From Clostridia bacterium (GTDB lineage Bacteria; Bacillota; Peptococcia; DRI-13; SV3-B141), in the NCBI GenBank assembly GCA_018433015.1, contig JAHDSB010000077.1, positions 742 through 64,741 on the forward strand: a stretch of DNA of 64,000 nucleotides, written 5' to 3'. The position numbers and the translations under genes are program-made. This document shows, in pieces, positions 38,249 through 49,293 of this stretch (position 1 is the first letter of the stretch; each line of letters opens with the position of its first letter). The notes under the pieces are model-generated. The model did not search any database and was not told the origin of the DNA. It saw only the letters and a program-made list of their open reading frames with translations.

Positions 38249-39349
38249 TTACATACACTGCTGCCACATTGCTTTAATTACAGACTTTCCGATTATAAAA
38301 AGTACCGGACCTAATACTATCCCCCAACCACCCATGACTTTAACACCAATATACATGGAGGCAATAGTAGCCAAAGGATGAATGCCAATATTTTCGGAAA
38401 GGATTTTCGGTTCAATAAGTTGCCTTACTCCTGCTATTACAGCATAAATGATTAATAAGCCAACTCCAAATTTTATATTACCGGAAATAAAGTGAAAAAT
38501 GGACCAAGGTATCAGTATTGTTCCCGGGCCTAAAACCGGTAGGAGATCAAAAATGCCTACAACGACTCCCAAGGTCAGCGCATATTTTGCACCTAAAATA
38601 TACAATCCTGCAATGGTCTGAACCCCAGTGATACTTATTAAAATTGCCTGGGCTCTAAAAAATCCTATCAAGGCATTACTTAATTCATTAATCACATGTC
38701 TTGCCGGCCCTACACATCTGTGAGGTAATACTTTAAAAATAAAGTTAGATATTAATTTTTTATCTCGACTAATAAAGAATGTGGCCAAGCCTGACACAAT
38801 AATTATAGTGACAAAACTAGGCAAACTTGTCAAGATGCCAAATAAAACATTGGTTGTGACGGAAACCACATCTGCTAATCCTTTAATACCTACTTGCAAA
38901 TTATCCCTAATAGTATCCTTTACTTCTACAGGCAAACTATTGTTTGTTAACAAATATCTTAGGCGATCAAAAATAGTTTGATCCTGGCCTAAAATATTAT
39001 TAGCATAAGCTATCAGCTGTTTATATAGGGAAGATAATTCTATCACAAGATGTGTTGTTAAATAAATAATAACTAAAAGTACTACTAGCAACACAATACT
39101 TAAAGTTATTGCAACTGCAAATCCTCTATTAAGCTTTTTTTTCTCTACTAACCAATCCACAATAGGGTCTATTAATATCGCCATGGCCCCTGCAAGTATG
39201 AAAGGAAGAAGTACAACAGCAACTTCACCTGAAACAGAGAAAAAAAGAGGTAAAAAATATCTAGTGAAAAAGTACAAAGATACCATAACTAACAATATTA
39301 GAGATAATTTTACCACATATGACTTATACGCATCTACATTTTTGCTCAT
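38249..39349 (-). CDS. AI-2E/PerM-family membrane protein (YtvI-like sporulation integral membrane protein)
   Basis: 366 aa, about 8 TM helices; the C-terminal GLLIIYAVIAGVRQLIEPKILS...IHPLATI pattern is typical of the family. Confidence 0.72.
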   Translation of the reverse strand: MSKNVDAYKSYVVKLSLILLVMVSLYFFTRYFLPLFFSVSGEVAVVLLPFILAGAMAILIDPIVDWLVEKKKLNRGFAVAITLSIVLLVVLLVIIYLTTHLVIELSSLYKQLIAYANNILGQDQTIFDRLRYLLTNNSLPVEVKDTIRDNLQVGIKGLADVVSVTTNVLFGILTSLPSFVTIIIVSGLATFFISRDKKLISNFIFKVLPHRCVGPARHVINELSNALIGFFRAQAILISITGVQTIAGLYILGAKYALTLGVVVGIFDLLPVLGPGTILIPWSIFHFISGNIKFGVGLLIIYAVIAGVRQLIEPKILSENIGIHPLATIASMYIGVKVMGGWGIVLGPVLFIIGKSVIKAMWQQCM

Positions 39350-39362
39350 AAACTAAACCTCA

Positions 39363-40139
39363 CTAAAACAAAATTAAATAATATACTAAGGGAGCAGCCC
39401 ACAGCATACTATCAAAGCGATCTAAAATACCTCCATGCCCGGGAATAATGTTTCCAGAATCCTTACATCCGGCAAAACGTTTCAAGGTACTTTCAAAGAG
39501 GTCTCCTAGTTGACCCGCAACAGAAATCAGGGGAGTTATTACTAGTAATGGAATTTCCTGTAAGGATTGCACGTAAATTACCATGATATATACACATAAT
39601 ATACTAAAAAGCACGCCTCCTACAAACCCTTCCCACGTTTTATTGGGACTGATCTGAGGAGCAAGCTTCCTTTTACCTAAAAACATACCTGTAAAATAAG
39701 CACCTGTATCCGTGCTCCATACTACAATAAAAACATAAAGAATCAACCAGAACCCATTATTCATAGTCCGTAATAACAAAAGGTGAGAAAACCCTATAGT
39801 CACATAAAAGACTCCTAATAAAGAAAATGCTAAATCTAAAGGTGAATAATGAGGATAACGAAAAAGAAAAGAAACAAAGAATAGTAATACATATGCTGCA
39901 ATTATAAATTCCAATTGGGAAACTTCCCACGCTACAGCTAAAGGTATTACAGTTCCTCCTAAGAGTATTAAGGATAGTATACTTTTGCATCCCGCTTTAT
40001 TGCTAATATTGTTAAATTCCCTCAAACCCAACAAGACTAATAAAATTACAGGCATATAAAAATATAAACCACCCTTATATACACAGAATATCAGTACCGG
40101 AATTCCTACAAGTGCGCTTGCTACCCGCTTTACTAACAT
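39363..40139 (-). CDS. cdsA: phosphatidate cytidylyltransferase
   Basis: SPNKTWEGFVGG and GHGGILDRFDS signature motifs. Confidence 0.9.
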   Translation of the reverse strand: MLVKRVASALVGIPVLIFCVYKGGLYFYMPVILLVLLGLREFNNISNKAGCKSILSLILLGGTVIPLAVAWEVSQLEFIIAAYVLLFFVSFLFRYPHYSPLDLAFSLLGVFYVTIGFSHLLLLRTMNNGFWLILYVFIVVWSTDTGAYFTGMFLGKRKLAPQISPNKTWEGFVGGVLFSILCVYIMVIYVQSLQEIPLLVITPLISVAGQLGDLFESTLKRFAGCKDSGNIIPGHGGILDRFDSMLWAAPLVYYLILF

Positions 40140-40167
40140 ATAACTGTCACCAACTTTTTCACTACTT

Positions 40168-40944
40168 TTATATACCTCCTAAACGTCGCTTCCTATGTTG
40201 ATACTCGTATATAGCTTCATATAAAAGATTTTGAGTGAAGTCGGGCCATAAGACAGGAGTAGACCAAAATTCTGTATATGCGGACTGCCATAAGAGGAAA
40301 TTACTTAAGCGCATTTCTCCAGATGTTCTAATCATTAAGTCGGGATCCGGCAATCCCGCAGTATATAAATACTTTTCAATAATGTTTTCTTCAATATCTT
40401 CACTCTTTATTTTTCCCGCTGCCGTCTCTATAGCTATCACTTTAACAGCATCTATTATTTCCCTTCTGCTCCCATAGTTTAACGCAATTTGCAGATATAA
40501 TTTAGAGTTTTCCTGGGTATCTTTAATAGCTTTCTTTACACTTATAACCGCCTTTTCTGGTAATTCTTCTATATGTCCTAAAGTTCTAATACATACTCCA
40601 TTGTCCTTTAACTTGTTTAATTCTTTATCTATATACTCTACTAATAAATGCATTAAGGAATTTATTTCTTCCCTAGGCCGTTTCCAGTTTTCTGTAGAAA
40701 AAGCATATACCGTCAAATGCTTCAGACCAAGATCTAGGGAAGTTTCAACTATCTTTTTCAAAGTTTCCATCCCAGCTCGATGCCCGGCACTTCTAGGTAA
40801 TCCTCTTTTTGTCGCCCAGCGTCCATTTCCATCCATAATAATTGCTACATGAGTCGGAAGCGGCCTTTCTAGTAGAGCTTCTTTGCTTATTTCTGTATTT
40901 TCCTTATTTTTATCTCCAAAAAAACTCTTTACATATCGATACAC
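40168..40944 (-). CDS. uppS: isoprenyl transferase (undecaprenyl diphosphate synthase)
   Basis: HVAIIMDGNGRWA, FSTENWKRP and RTSGEMRLSNFLLWQ motifs. Confidence 0.95.
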   Translation of the reverse strand: MYRYVKSFFGDKNKENTEISKEALLERPLPTHVAIIMDGNGRWATKRGLPRSAGHRAGMETLKKIVETSLDLGLKHLTVYAFSTENWKRPREEINSLMHLLVEYIDKELNKLKDNGVCIRTLGHIEELPEKAVISVKKAIKDTQENSKLYLQIALNYGSRREIIDAVKVIAIETAAGKIKSEDIEENIIEKYLYTAGLPDPDLMIRTSGEMRLSNFLLWQSAYTEFWSTPVLWPDFTQNLLYEAIYEYQHRKRRLGGI

Positions 40945-40971
40945 TGTAACATTTGCCTCCTTATGCAGTAA

Positions 40972-40992
40972 AACCCCCTTTTATAGGGGGTT
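40972..40992 (-). terminator. GC-core hairpin between the 70-aa ORF and uppS (weak terminator or attenuator)
   Basis: AACCCCC-TATAAAA-GGGGGTT with only a short U tail (TTAC) on the minus strand. Confidence 0.4.
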
Positions 40993-40996
40993 ATTC

Positions 40997-41209
40997 TCAA
41001 TGATTAAACTCGGGCAACTTAAAATAACCGACAAGAACTTCTAACTCCTGGTGGTTTTCTTTAATACGAATGATTCTCTTCTCTGTACTTTCCCTTTTAT
41101 CTTGAGGATTCTTTGTATAATAAACGTTATATTTACAATTATTAAGAGTAAAATATTTAACGGCTTCTTCTTCTTTTTTACCAAGCAACTTATAATAATT
41201 CATATTCAC
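40997..41209 (-). CDS. hypothetical small protein (70 aa)
   Basis: GTG start 5 nt after AAGGGA, between frr and uppS. No recognised motif; followed by a GC-core hairpin. Confidence 0.4.
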   Translation of the reverse strand: MNMNYYKLLGKKEEEAVKYFTLNNCKYNVYYTKNPQDKRESTEKRIIRIKENHQELEVLVGYFKLPEFNH

Positions 41210-41240
41210 TCAAATCCCTTAATATAATCACAAAAAGAAT

Positions 41241-42570
<1,330 letters not shown>

Positions 42571-42625
42571 TTAACTGAAAAAATATCAGCCCTTTTGTCT
42601 AGGGAATTGTAAGTTTTACACCATC

Positions 42626-42669
42626 TTTAAAAAGAGAACACTAAGTTTTCGATCGTACTAAGTGTTCTC
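42626..42669 (-). terminator. rho-independent terminator after tsf
   Basis: 13-position stem GAGAACACTTAGT/ACTAAGTGTTCTC (one mismatch) followed by TTTTT. Confidence 0.8.
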
Positions 42670-42677
42670 CCATATCG

Positions 42678-43325
42678 TTATTTGTTGATTTGTGACATTA
42701 CTTCATCTGCAAAGTTTTCTTCTTTCTTTTCAATACCTTCACCCAGTTCAAAACGAGCAAAGCGGCGAACCTGGATATTTTCTCCGATCTTGGCAATGCT
42801 GTTGGTGATTAACTCGCCCACAGAAATGTCCGGATCTTTGATAAAGGGTTGTTCTAATAAACAAACTTCTTTATAAAATTTCTCTAATCTGCCCACAACC
42901 ATCTTATCAATAATCTTTTCTGGCTTTCCTTCATTTTGAGCTTGTACCTTTAAAATATGTTTTTCTCTTTCCAGAATATCTTCAGGTACTTCTTCTTTGT
43001 TAACATATTCGGGACGAGAAGCAGCAATCTGCATAGCAATGTCTTTAACAAGTTCTTTAAAAGCAGGTGTCTTTGCTACGAAATCAGTTTCACTGTTTAC
43101 TTCAACTAAAACACCAATTCGCCCATTACCATGTATATAAGATTCTACCAAACCCTCGGCTGCCAAACGACCGGCTTTTTTTGCTGCTGCAGCTAAGCCT
43201 TTTTCTCTTAAAAGCTCAATAGCTTTGTCCATATCACCATTAGTTTCTTGTAAAGCTTTTTTACAATCCATCATACCAGCATTTGTACGCTCACGCAATT
43301 CTTTAACCATAGCTGCTGTAACCAT
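42678..43325 (-). CDS. tsf: elongation factor Ts (short form)
   Basis: [23 protein letters not shown]-like N-terminus. Confidence 0.95.
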   Translation of the reverse strand: MVTAAMVKELRERTNAGMMDCKKALQETNGDMDKAIELLREKGLAAAAKKAGRLAAEGLVESYIHGNGRIGVLVEVNSETDFVAKTPAFKELVKDIAMQIAASRPEYVNKEEVPEDILEREKHILKVQAQNEGKPEKIIDKMVVGRLEKFYKEVCLLEQPFIKDPDISVGELITNSIAKIGENIQVRRFARFELGEGIEKKEENFADEVMSQINK

Positions 43326-43394
43326 AAATTTAACCTCCTAGCTATATTAACATAAATTATTATTCCACTTACAAAGATAAATAACTATGTACAG

Positions 43395-43438
43395 ATAAAG
43401 AAAAGAGGTGCCAAGGGATACCATTCCCCTTGGTCACC
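43395..43438 (-). terminator. hairpin plus U-tract between rpsB and tsf (partial terminator/attenuator)
   Basis: GGTGACCAAGGG/CCCTTGGCACC (11 bp, one bulge) followed by TCTTTTCTTTAT. Confidence 0.65.
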
Positions 43439-43492
43439 CCTTTAATTCATATTGTATCTTGCACTGGGGTTATCTTTTTGATAATCCTTTTA

Positions 43493-44215
43493 TTATTCTG
43501 CTTCAACTTCCTCAGCTGTTTCATCACCAACTTGACCTGCATTAGCTTCTAATACAGCTTCCGCCATTTTTGATGTTAACAACTTAACAGCACGAATAGC
43601 ATCATCGTTGCCCGGTATTACATAATCCACTTCGTCTGGATCACAATTTGTGTCAACAATAGCAACGATAGGAATATTTAAGCGACGTGCTTCAGCTATG
43701 GCAATATGCTCCTTACGTGGATCAATAACAAATAATGCTCCAGGTAAGCCAGGCATATTTTTAATTCCGCCCAAGAATCTTTCCAGCTTTTCAGCTTCTC
43801 CTTTGAGTTTTGCAACTTCTTTCTTGGTTAGAACCTCAAATGTACCGTCTTCTTCCATAGCTTCTAACGCTTTTAATCTTTCAATACGTTTTTGGATGGT
43901 ATTATAATTTGTCAGCATACCACCGAGCCAACGCTCATGAACATAGTACATACCACAGCGAGTTGCTTCTTCTTTAACAGTTTCCTGGGCTTGCTTCTTT
44001 GTTCCAACAAACAATACATGTTTGCCTTCAGAAACTACGCTGCGTATGAAATCATATGCATCTTCTACTTTTTTCACTGTTTTTTGGAGATCAATAATGT
44101 AAATACCATTGCGCTCCGTGAAAATATATGGTGCCATTTTAGGATTCCAACGCCTTGTTTGGTGTCCAAAATGTACGCCTGCTTCTAACAATTGCTTCAT
44201 TGAAACTACAGACAT
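43493..44215 (-). CDS. rpsB: 30S ribosomal protein S2
   Basis: [22 protein letters not shown]; the ATG at 44215 is preceded by GGAGGAGGTG. Confidence 0.95.
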   Translation of the reverse strand: MSVVSMKQLLEAGVHFGHQTRRWNPKMAPYIFTERNGIYIIDLQKTVKKVEDAYDFIRSVVSEGKHVLFVGTKKQAQETVKEEATRCGMYYVHERWLGGMLTNYNTIQKRIERLKALEAMEEDGTFEVLTKKEVAKLKGEAEKLERFLGGIKNMPGLPGALFVIDPRKEHIAIAEARRLNIPIVAIVDTNCDPDEVDYVIPGNDDAIRAVKLLTSKMAEAVLEANAGQVGDETAEEVEAE

Positions 44216-44372
44216 TACTACACCTCCTCCCTTCGGTTTATCCTCCGCTTTCCTCATTTTCGCTCCAGACCCTAACGGGCACCCTGAAGCAAATCAAAAA
44301 GCGTGTGTTTTTACACCACTAGAAAGTATACCATAAAATCTCAAAAACACAAACACTTTATTACACATTTTT

Positions 44373-44876
44373 TTATTTTGTATCTGCTAATGCTATAGCT
44401 TGCAATCTTTCCTGTAACCTTATGTTTAATGCAACTTCTCCTTGAGACATGTTTAATTTCTCCGCTATTTCCGGGAGAGAATATCCTTGTTCTTTCAAAG
44501 AAAAAATATCCCCAATATCTTGCGAATCATCTTCTTCCTTGGTTTCTTGTTCGATATTAAATTTTATTTCTTCAACTTTAGCATTTTCTGTTATATTATC
44601 CTTTAATACTTTATTAAAGTCATAATGTTCTCGTTGCTGATGATTAAATACCGTTTCCCCATGCTTTGCTTCATGGTCTTTAATTACGTTTATTTTATAT
44701 TCCAATTCTTCTAAAATCACTTCTACAATTCGCGAATTTTCTTGCACTAGTTCTTCTATATCCTCTTTTATTTGCCTATTTTCCTGCACAAGTTTCTTTT
44801 GTTTTAAAATTTGCATAGTTACTGCTAACAAAATACATAAATTTATAAAAAGGATTATTTTATTAATGCTTGGCAA
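44373..44876 (-). CDS. membrane-anchored coiled-coil protein with C-terminal HTH-like segment (SwrB-like by position)
   Basis: TTG at 44876 lies 7 nt after GAGGTG. N-terminal TM helix IILFINLCILLAVTMQIL, then a charged coiled coil, then EQGYSLPEIAEKLNMSQGEV. It is the last gene of the fla/che cluster before rpsB, as swrB is in Bacillus. Confidence 0.5.
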   Translation of the reverse strand: MPSINKIILFINLCILLAVTMQILKQKKLVQENRQIKEDIEELVQENSRIVEVILEELEYKINVIKDHEAKHGETVFNHQQREHYDFNKVLKDNITENAKVEEIKFNIEQETKEEDDSQDIGDIFSLKEQGYSLPEIAEKLNMSQGEVALNIRLQERLQAIALADTK

Positions 44877-44893
44877 TTTCAAACACCTCAAAA

Positions 44894-45226
44894 TTACACT
44901 TTAATATCCAAAGTAGAACCTACATCTTTGTTATAAGATGGTACTTCCCCTGTCTCTTCATTATTTTTTGGCTTAGCTCTTTTCTCGCCCTCTTTTTGAG
45001 ATGAGGACTTTCTCTTCTTCTCTTTTTTGTTTTCTTTATCGATTACATTTTGTTGGGTCTGTTTAAGTTGATTAATTACCTGTTTTTTGCGATCCATTTC
45101 TTTTTCTATAAGTTGGCTCATCACTTGCTGTTCTGTTTGCTGCTGGTTAACCAGACCTCTTTGAGTTTTTTGTGCTTGATCCAACTTGGGTAATAGCACT
45201 TGCATATCAACAGGATTAATGGTCAT
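44894..45226 (-). CDS. hypothetical Q/K-rich protein (110 aa), flagellar-cluster associated
   Basis: ATGA overlap with the preceding FapA-like gene, GAAGGTGG SD. Low-complexity glutamine/lysine-rich sequence. Confidence 0.5.
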   Translation of the reverse strand: MTINPVDMQVLLPKLDQAQKTQRGLVNQQQTEQQVMSQLIEKEMDRKKQVINQLKQTQQNVIDKENKKEKKRKSSSQKEGEKRAKPKNNEETGEVPSYNKDVGSTLDIKV

Positions 45227-46833
45227 TTAGCCACCTTCTTTTTAACAAAAGGAACCGATTTTATATCAAGTCCATCCAACTTAAATGTTACATGATCCAG
45301 TTGATCTTTTACATGGAATACTGATTTTCCAATACTAATTTCAACACCGGAATATATTCTTCTTTCCACAGATATTCTGGCATCCTCCATCTGTTGGAAC
45401 ATTATTTCCAACTCCATCTTTCTTTCCTTACATTCTTCCATTTCTTGATGCCCTTGATACTGGATTCGGCGAGATTTAATAAATAGTTCATTCTTATCAG
45501 GGGGAATCATACCAAACTTGCCTTTTATCTCATGCAACTTTTTCAGGATTTTATTATTACTATCCATCATTTTTGTAAGTTCTATAATACGCTTAGAAAT
45601 CTTCTTATATTCATCTCGTAATTCTGGTAATATTCCCACTGCTATTTTTGTAGCAGTACCCAGAGAAGCCCCTATATTCTTGGCATATATCTCTTCGCCG
45701 GCACTGCATTCTCCACCTACTAAAAGTCCTTTTTTACCCCCTACATTGACACTTTTCACAGCCTTAGTAGTACTATGCATTATAGCTTCCGTTACCACAA
45801 TCTCACCTTTGCATTCTGCATACCCATTTTCTATAACTTTAGCATAGATATTGCCTTCAGCTACAACCCTACCTTGCACTATGCCCTTCTTGACCTGAAT
45901 ATTACTGCCCCCTATAACGTTACCCTCTATGAGTCCACCTACTTCTATATCACCCGTAGCTTCTACCGTAAAACCATTACGTACACTACCGCTGATAACC
46001 ACATTACCGGGATATTTAATATTCCCCGTATTAAAATCTACATCTCCATTAACCTGATAAGTTAATAAAACACTAACTTTATTATTATTTAAGATAACAT
46101 GTCCTTCTTTAGTAGCTATTAATTTTGTATTGTTATCAATGGCTTGCGTATTTTGACCGATAGGCAACCGAACATCTTTTGCAGGCTTGACCTTGGACCT
46201 TTCACCATATACATTTATACCGTCCTGCCCCTGCTCAGCAGGGATTTTTTCCGCTATAACGGTACCAGAAGATACTAATTGTATTAAATTCAAGTTATAA
46301 AAGTCTATTTTCCCATCTTCTAACTCATTAGGTTTCACTTCAATTCCTTTAGGATTAAAATGATAGATGATTGTGGCATCCTTAGCTTTAATTAATGGTA
46401 AACCTTCAGCAATTAGCCATTCCCCGTATTTTCCTTGATTATTTAAAATTTCAGGTAAGATCTCTTCTTTGATACCATGTTTAATTCCTTCATTCTCCAA
46501 AGCCTTTTGTAAGTCTTTAGTATTCAATTTTTCTCCGCCGGTAAAAGGTATCACGATTAAATAAGCTTGTAACATATCACTGCTAACTTTTACTTTTACT
46601 AATGGCTTGTAAACAATTTCCTCATTATTGGAACATAATAGTACCTTTTCTCCAGTGTTACTATTTATGGTCTCCTCAACCAAATCGGGATCAAAAGTAA
46701 TATTCCTGAAAGCCAAATCCGCACATATTTGTTCAAAATCAGCAGGATACTTTATGTCAGCATCATATTCCACACTAATATAAACACCTTCATCTTCTTT
46801 ATGTAACAAATATTTATTACCTACTAACCCCAT
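45223..46833 (-). CDS. FapA-family (DUF342) flagellar-assembly-associated protein
   Basis: About 536 aa. The beta-helix-like repeats (GNVVISGSV..GDIEVGG..GNVIGGSNIQV) and C-terminal coiled coil are characteristic of DUF342/FapA. Confidence 0.78.
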   Translation of the reverse strand: MGLVGNKYLLHKEDEGVYISVEYDADIKYPADFEQICADLAFRNITFDPDLVEETINSNTGEKVLLCSNNEEIVYKPLVKVKVSSDMLQAYLIVIPFTGGEKLNTKDLQKALENEGIKHGIKEEILPEILNNQGKYGEWLIAEGLPLIKAKDATIIYHFNPKGIEVKPNELEDGKIDFYNLNLIQLVSSGTVIAEKIPAEQGQDGINVYGERSKVKPAKDVRLPIGQNTQAIDNNTKLIATKEGHVILNNNKVSVLLTYQVNGDVDFNTGNIKYPGNVVISGSVRNGFTVEATGDIEVGGLIEGNVIGGSNIQVKKGIVQGRVVAEGNIYAKVIENGYAECKGEIVVTEAIMHSTTKAVKSVNVGGKKGLLVGGECSAGEEIYAKNIGASLGTATKIAVGILPELRDEYKKISKRIIELTKMMDSNNKILKKLHEIKGKFGMIPPDKNELFIKSRRIQYQGHQEMEECKERKMELEIMFQQMEDARISVERRIYSGVEISIGKSVFHVKDQLDHVTFKLDGLDIKSVPFVKKKVAK

Positions 46834-46848
46834 CACCAGCACCCCTTT

Positions 46849-47607
46849 TTATAGATTCTTCTTGACTTTAGCTAATTTCCCCCGCAGCCGAAAGATGGCT
46901 TTGGCATGCAGCTGAGAAATACGTGATTCAGAGAGTTCCATTACCTGCGCAATCTCTTTATTGGCTAAGTCATGATAATAAAAGAGACTGATAACAAGCC
47001 TTTCTTTTTCAGGAAGTTCGTTTACCGCCTTAGCCAGAAACCTTTTAGTCTCGTTATCTTCAGAAATTTTAGCAGGATTGGGGCTACATTGATCAGGGAT
47101 AAGATCTTTAATGGCATTCCCATCATTATTATCCAATGATTCATCTAATGAAATCATAGTTATAAAACTAATGCTATTAAACCATTTCGACAACTCAGTA
47201 GTTGTTATGTTTAATTCCGCTGCTATTTCATGATCCGTAGCATTTTGCCCTGTTTTAGCCTCAATCTTTTGATAGGCTTCTTCGATAAGTTTCGCTTTTT
47301 TTCTTACTGAAACAGGTATCCAATCCTCTTTACGAATGCCATCAATCACAGCACCTTTAATTCTTCGTGTGGCATAAGCAGGAAAAGGTATTCCCAATTC
47401 AGGATCATAACGATCAATGGCTTCGATCAATCCAAATATTCCATAACTATATAAATCATCTTTCTGGATATGTAAAGGAAGATAGGAAGATATCTTATTA
47501 GCTATTTTTTTTACAAGCACTACATATTTTATTATTATTTGTTCTTTTAGGTCAGGGCTCTTATGTGTTTTATACTTGTCCCACAGTTCACAGGACTCCT
47601 CTATCAT
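46849..47607 (-). CDS. sigD: flagellar sigma factor SigD/FliA (sigma-28)
   Basis: Region 2 (DLYSYGIFGLIEAIDRYD), region 3 and region 4 HTH (LANKEIAQVMELSESRISQLH); position after cheD. Confidence 0.92.
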   Translation of the reverse strand: MIEESCELWDKYKTHKSPDLKEQIIIKYVVLVKKIANKISSYLPLHIQKDDLYSYGIFGLIEAIDRYDPELGIPFPAYATRRIKGAVIDGIRKEDWIPVSVRKKAKLIEEAYQKIEAKTGQNATDHEIAAELNITTTELSKWFNSISFITMISLDESLDNNDGNAIKDLIPDQCSPNPAKISEDNETKRFLAKAVNELPEKERLVISLFYYHDLANKEIAQVMELSESRISQLHAKAIFRLRGKLAKVKKNL

Positions 47608-47649
47608 GAGTACAGCCCTCCCTTGTAAAGAAAACTTTGCTTTCTAAGC

Positions 47650-48138
47650 TTAGATAATCTTTTGGCCCTTATTTATGGTCTTGACAAGCAGATCCCCATT
47701 TTCGGTAAAGAACTCGATTGTGCGACCGAAATTACCTCCTGTATCTTCTGCTTTTAGCCTGATACTTAGCTCTTTTAAAGATTTTTTCACGGCCTCTGCA
47801 TTCCTATCGCCAATTCTCATCACATTACTGGATCCTGGAAAATTAAACATCTGGGCTCCCCCGGCGATTTTAGCTACGAGGCGTGTTTTGTTTGCACCTA
47901 AAGATACCATTTCGTCTACAAGAACTCTTATACCCGTGTCAGCAAACTTAGCTTTATTAATTGATTTTCTGCTCTGTGTACTATCGGGAAGCATTATGTG
48001 AGCTAGCCCTCCCACTTTTTTTACCGGATCCCAGAGACAAATTCCTATGCAGGAACCTAAACCGATAGTAATAAGACTCTGAGGGGCTAATGCTGTTTTT
48101 ACTTCAGCCATTCCAACTTTAACTGTCTCATCTGCCAT
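47650..48138 (-). CDS. cheD: chemoreceptor glutamine deamidase CheD
   Basis: GLGSCIGICLWD and GGLAHIMLP motifs. Confidence 0.9.
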   Translation of the reverse strand: MADETVKVGMAEVKTALAPQSLITIGLGSCIGICLWDPVKKVGGLAHIMLPDSTQSRKSINKAKFADTGIRVLVDEMVSLGANKTRLVAKIAGGAQMFNFPGSSNVMRIGDRNAEAVKKSLKELSIRLKAEDTGGNFGRTIEFFTENGDLLVKTINKGQKII

Positions 48139-48752
48139 CACGCCACACCTAATGCCTGTAAGAGATTTTCTAATGTTTGCGGTTCAGGTAATAAAAAGAA
48201 ATATCCTTTTATCTCTTTTTCTTCTTCAATAAAAATGTTTTCTACCACCAGAGCATAGTCACTTACTTCCCCTATTTGCTGTAACACTTCTCCTAATATA
48301 GCACCGGCCATATCTACGGCCATTGCCGGAACTGACGGGTTATATGTATGATTTGTAAAGCAGGCTAGAGCATTCAGATATGAGCCTGCTAAAATATTTA
48401 CAACCTCCATAAAGGCCGATTTTTGCAAATCTCCCCAACTATCATTAGTACCACTAGGGCTGCCTAAAATAAAATCTAAAAAGAAGAAGGCTTGTTCCTC
48501 AGGTATCAAAAAAAGTATTCCTAAGGGCATATCACTATTTACTCGCATATAACCCCCGGCTACACCTTTATCTGCCCCTCCCACAATATCAACGATCTGA
48601 GGAAAAGGAGCGATGCTGGCTTGGGGTACAGTCATATCAATTTTTCTGCCTATCATTTGCGATAATGCTGTAGCTGCATTTCCTGCACCAATATTACTGA
48701 TCTCTTTAACAGCATCTAATTGTAATTGTGTCAGTTCTGAATAGTCTTTCAT
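48138..48752 (-). CDS. cheC: CheY-P phosphatase CheC
   Basis: LDAVKEISNIGAGNAATALS and the second repeat EVVNILAGS. Confidence 0.88.
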   Translation of the reverse strand: MKDYSELTQLQLDAVKEISNIGAGNAATALSQMIGRKIDMTVPQASIAPFPQIVDIVGGADKGVAGGYMRVNSDMPLGILFLIPEEQAFFFLDFILGSPSGTNDSWGDLQKSAFMEVVNILAGSYLNALACFTNHTYNPSVPAMAVDMAGAILGEVLQQIGEVSDYALVVENIFIEEEKEIKGYFFLLPEPQTLENLLQALGVA

Positions 48753-48765
48753 TATACCATCCTCA

Positions 48766-49281
48766 CTATTCCTTAGCTTGTTGAGTACCTAAGTCTAATA
48801 CTTTTTCCAGATTTAGAATTATTAATAAGCGATCTTCCACTTTCCCGATGCCTTTAATAAATAAATTATCAATACTATTCACAGAATGTTGCTTTTCAAT
48901 TTGGTCTTCACTGAGACGTAAAACTTCTGTTACATAATCTACAGTCATTCCAATAGTTATATCGTCCATATTAAAAACAACTATTCTTGAATTATCCGTT
49001 ATTTCCTCTGGATGAAGTTTAAATCTTAAGTGGGAGTCTATTACAGGTATGATGGTTCCCCTTAAATTTATGACACCTTTGACAAAGGGAGGTGCTTTAG
49101 GTACTCGCGTTATATCTGTCCTACGAATTATCTCGCGCACACTCAAGATATCAACGGCATATTCCTCATGGGCTAATTCAAAGGCAACATATTGTTTTTC
49201 ATCGGTACTGCCCATATTCTGTTCACCTTGACCAGTTTTATATATTTCTTTGTTATCATTTGTTTGTTTTACTTCAGCCAA
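48766..49281 (-). CDS. cheW: chemotaxis coupling protein CheW
   Basis: YAVDILSVREIIR...VINLRGTIIPVID pattern; TTG start 6 nt after GGAGGG. Confidence 0.92.
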   Translation of the reverse strand: MAEVKQTNDNKEIYKTGQGEQNMGSTDEKQYVAFELAHEEYAVDILSVREIIRRTDITRVPKAPPFVKGVINLRGTIIPVIDSHLRFKLHPEEITDNSRIVVFNMDDITIGMTVDYVTEVLRLSEDQIEKQHSVNSIDNLFIKGIGKVEDRLLIILNLEKVLDLGTQQAKE

Positions 49282-49293
49282 ACTAATCCCTCC

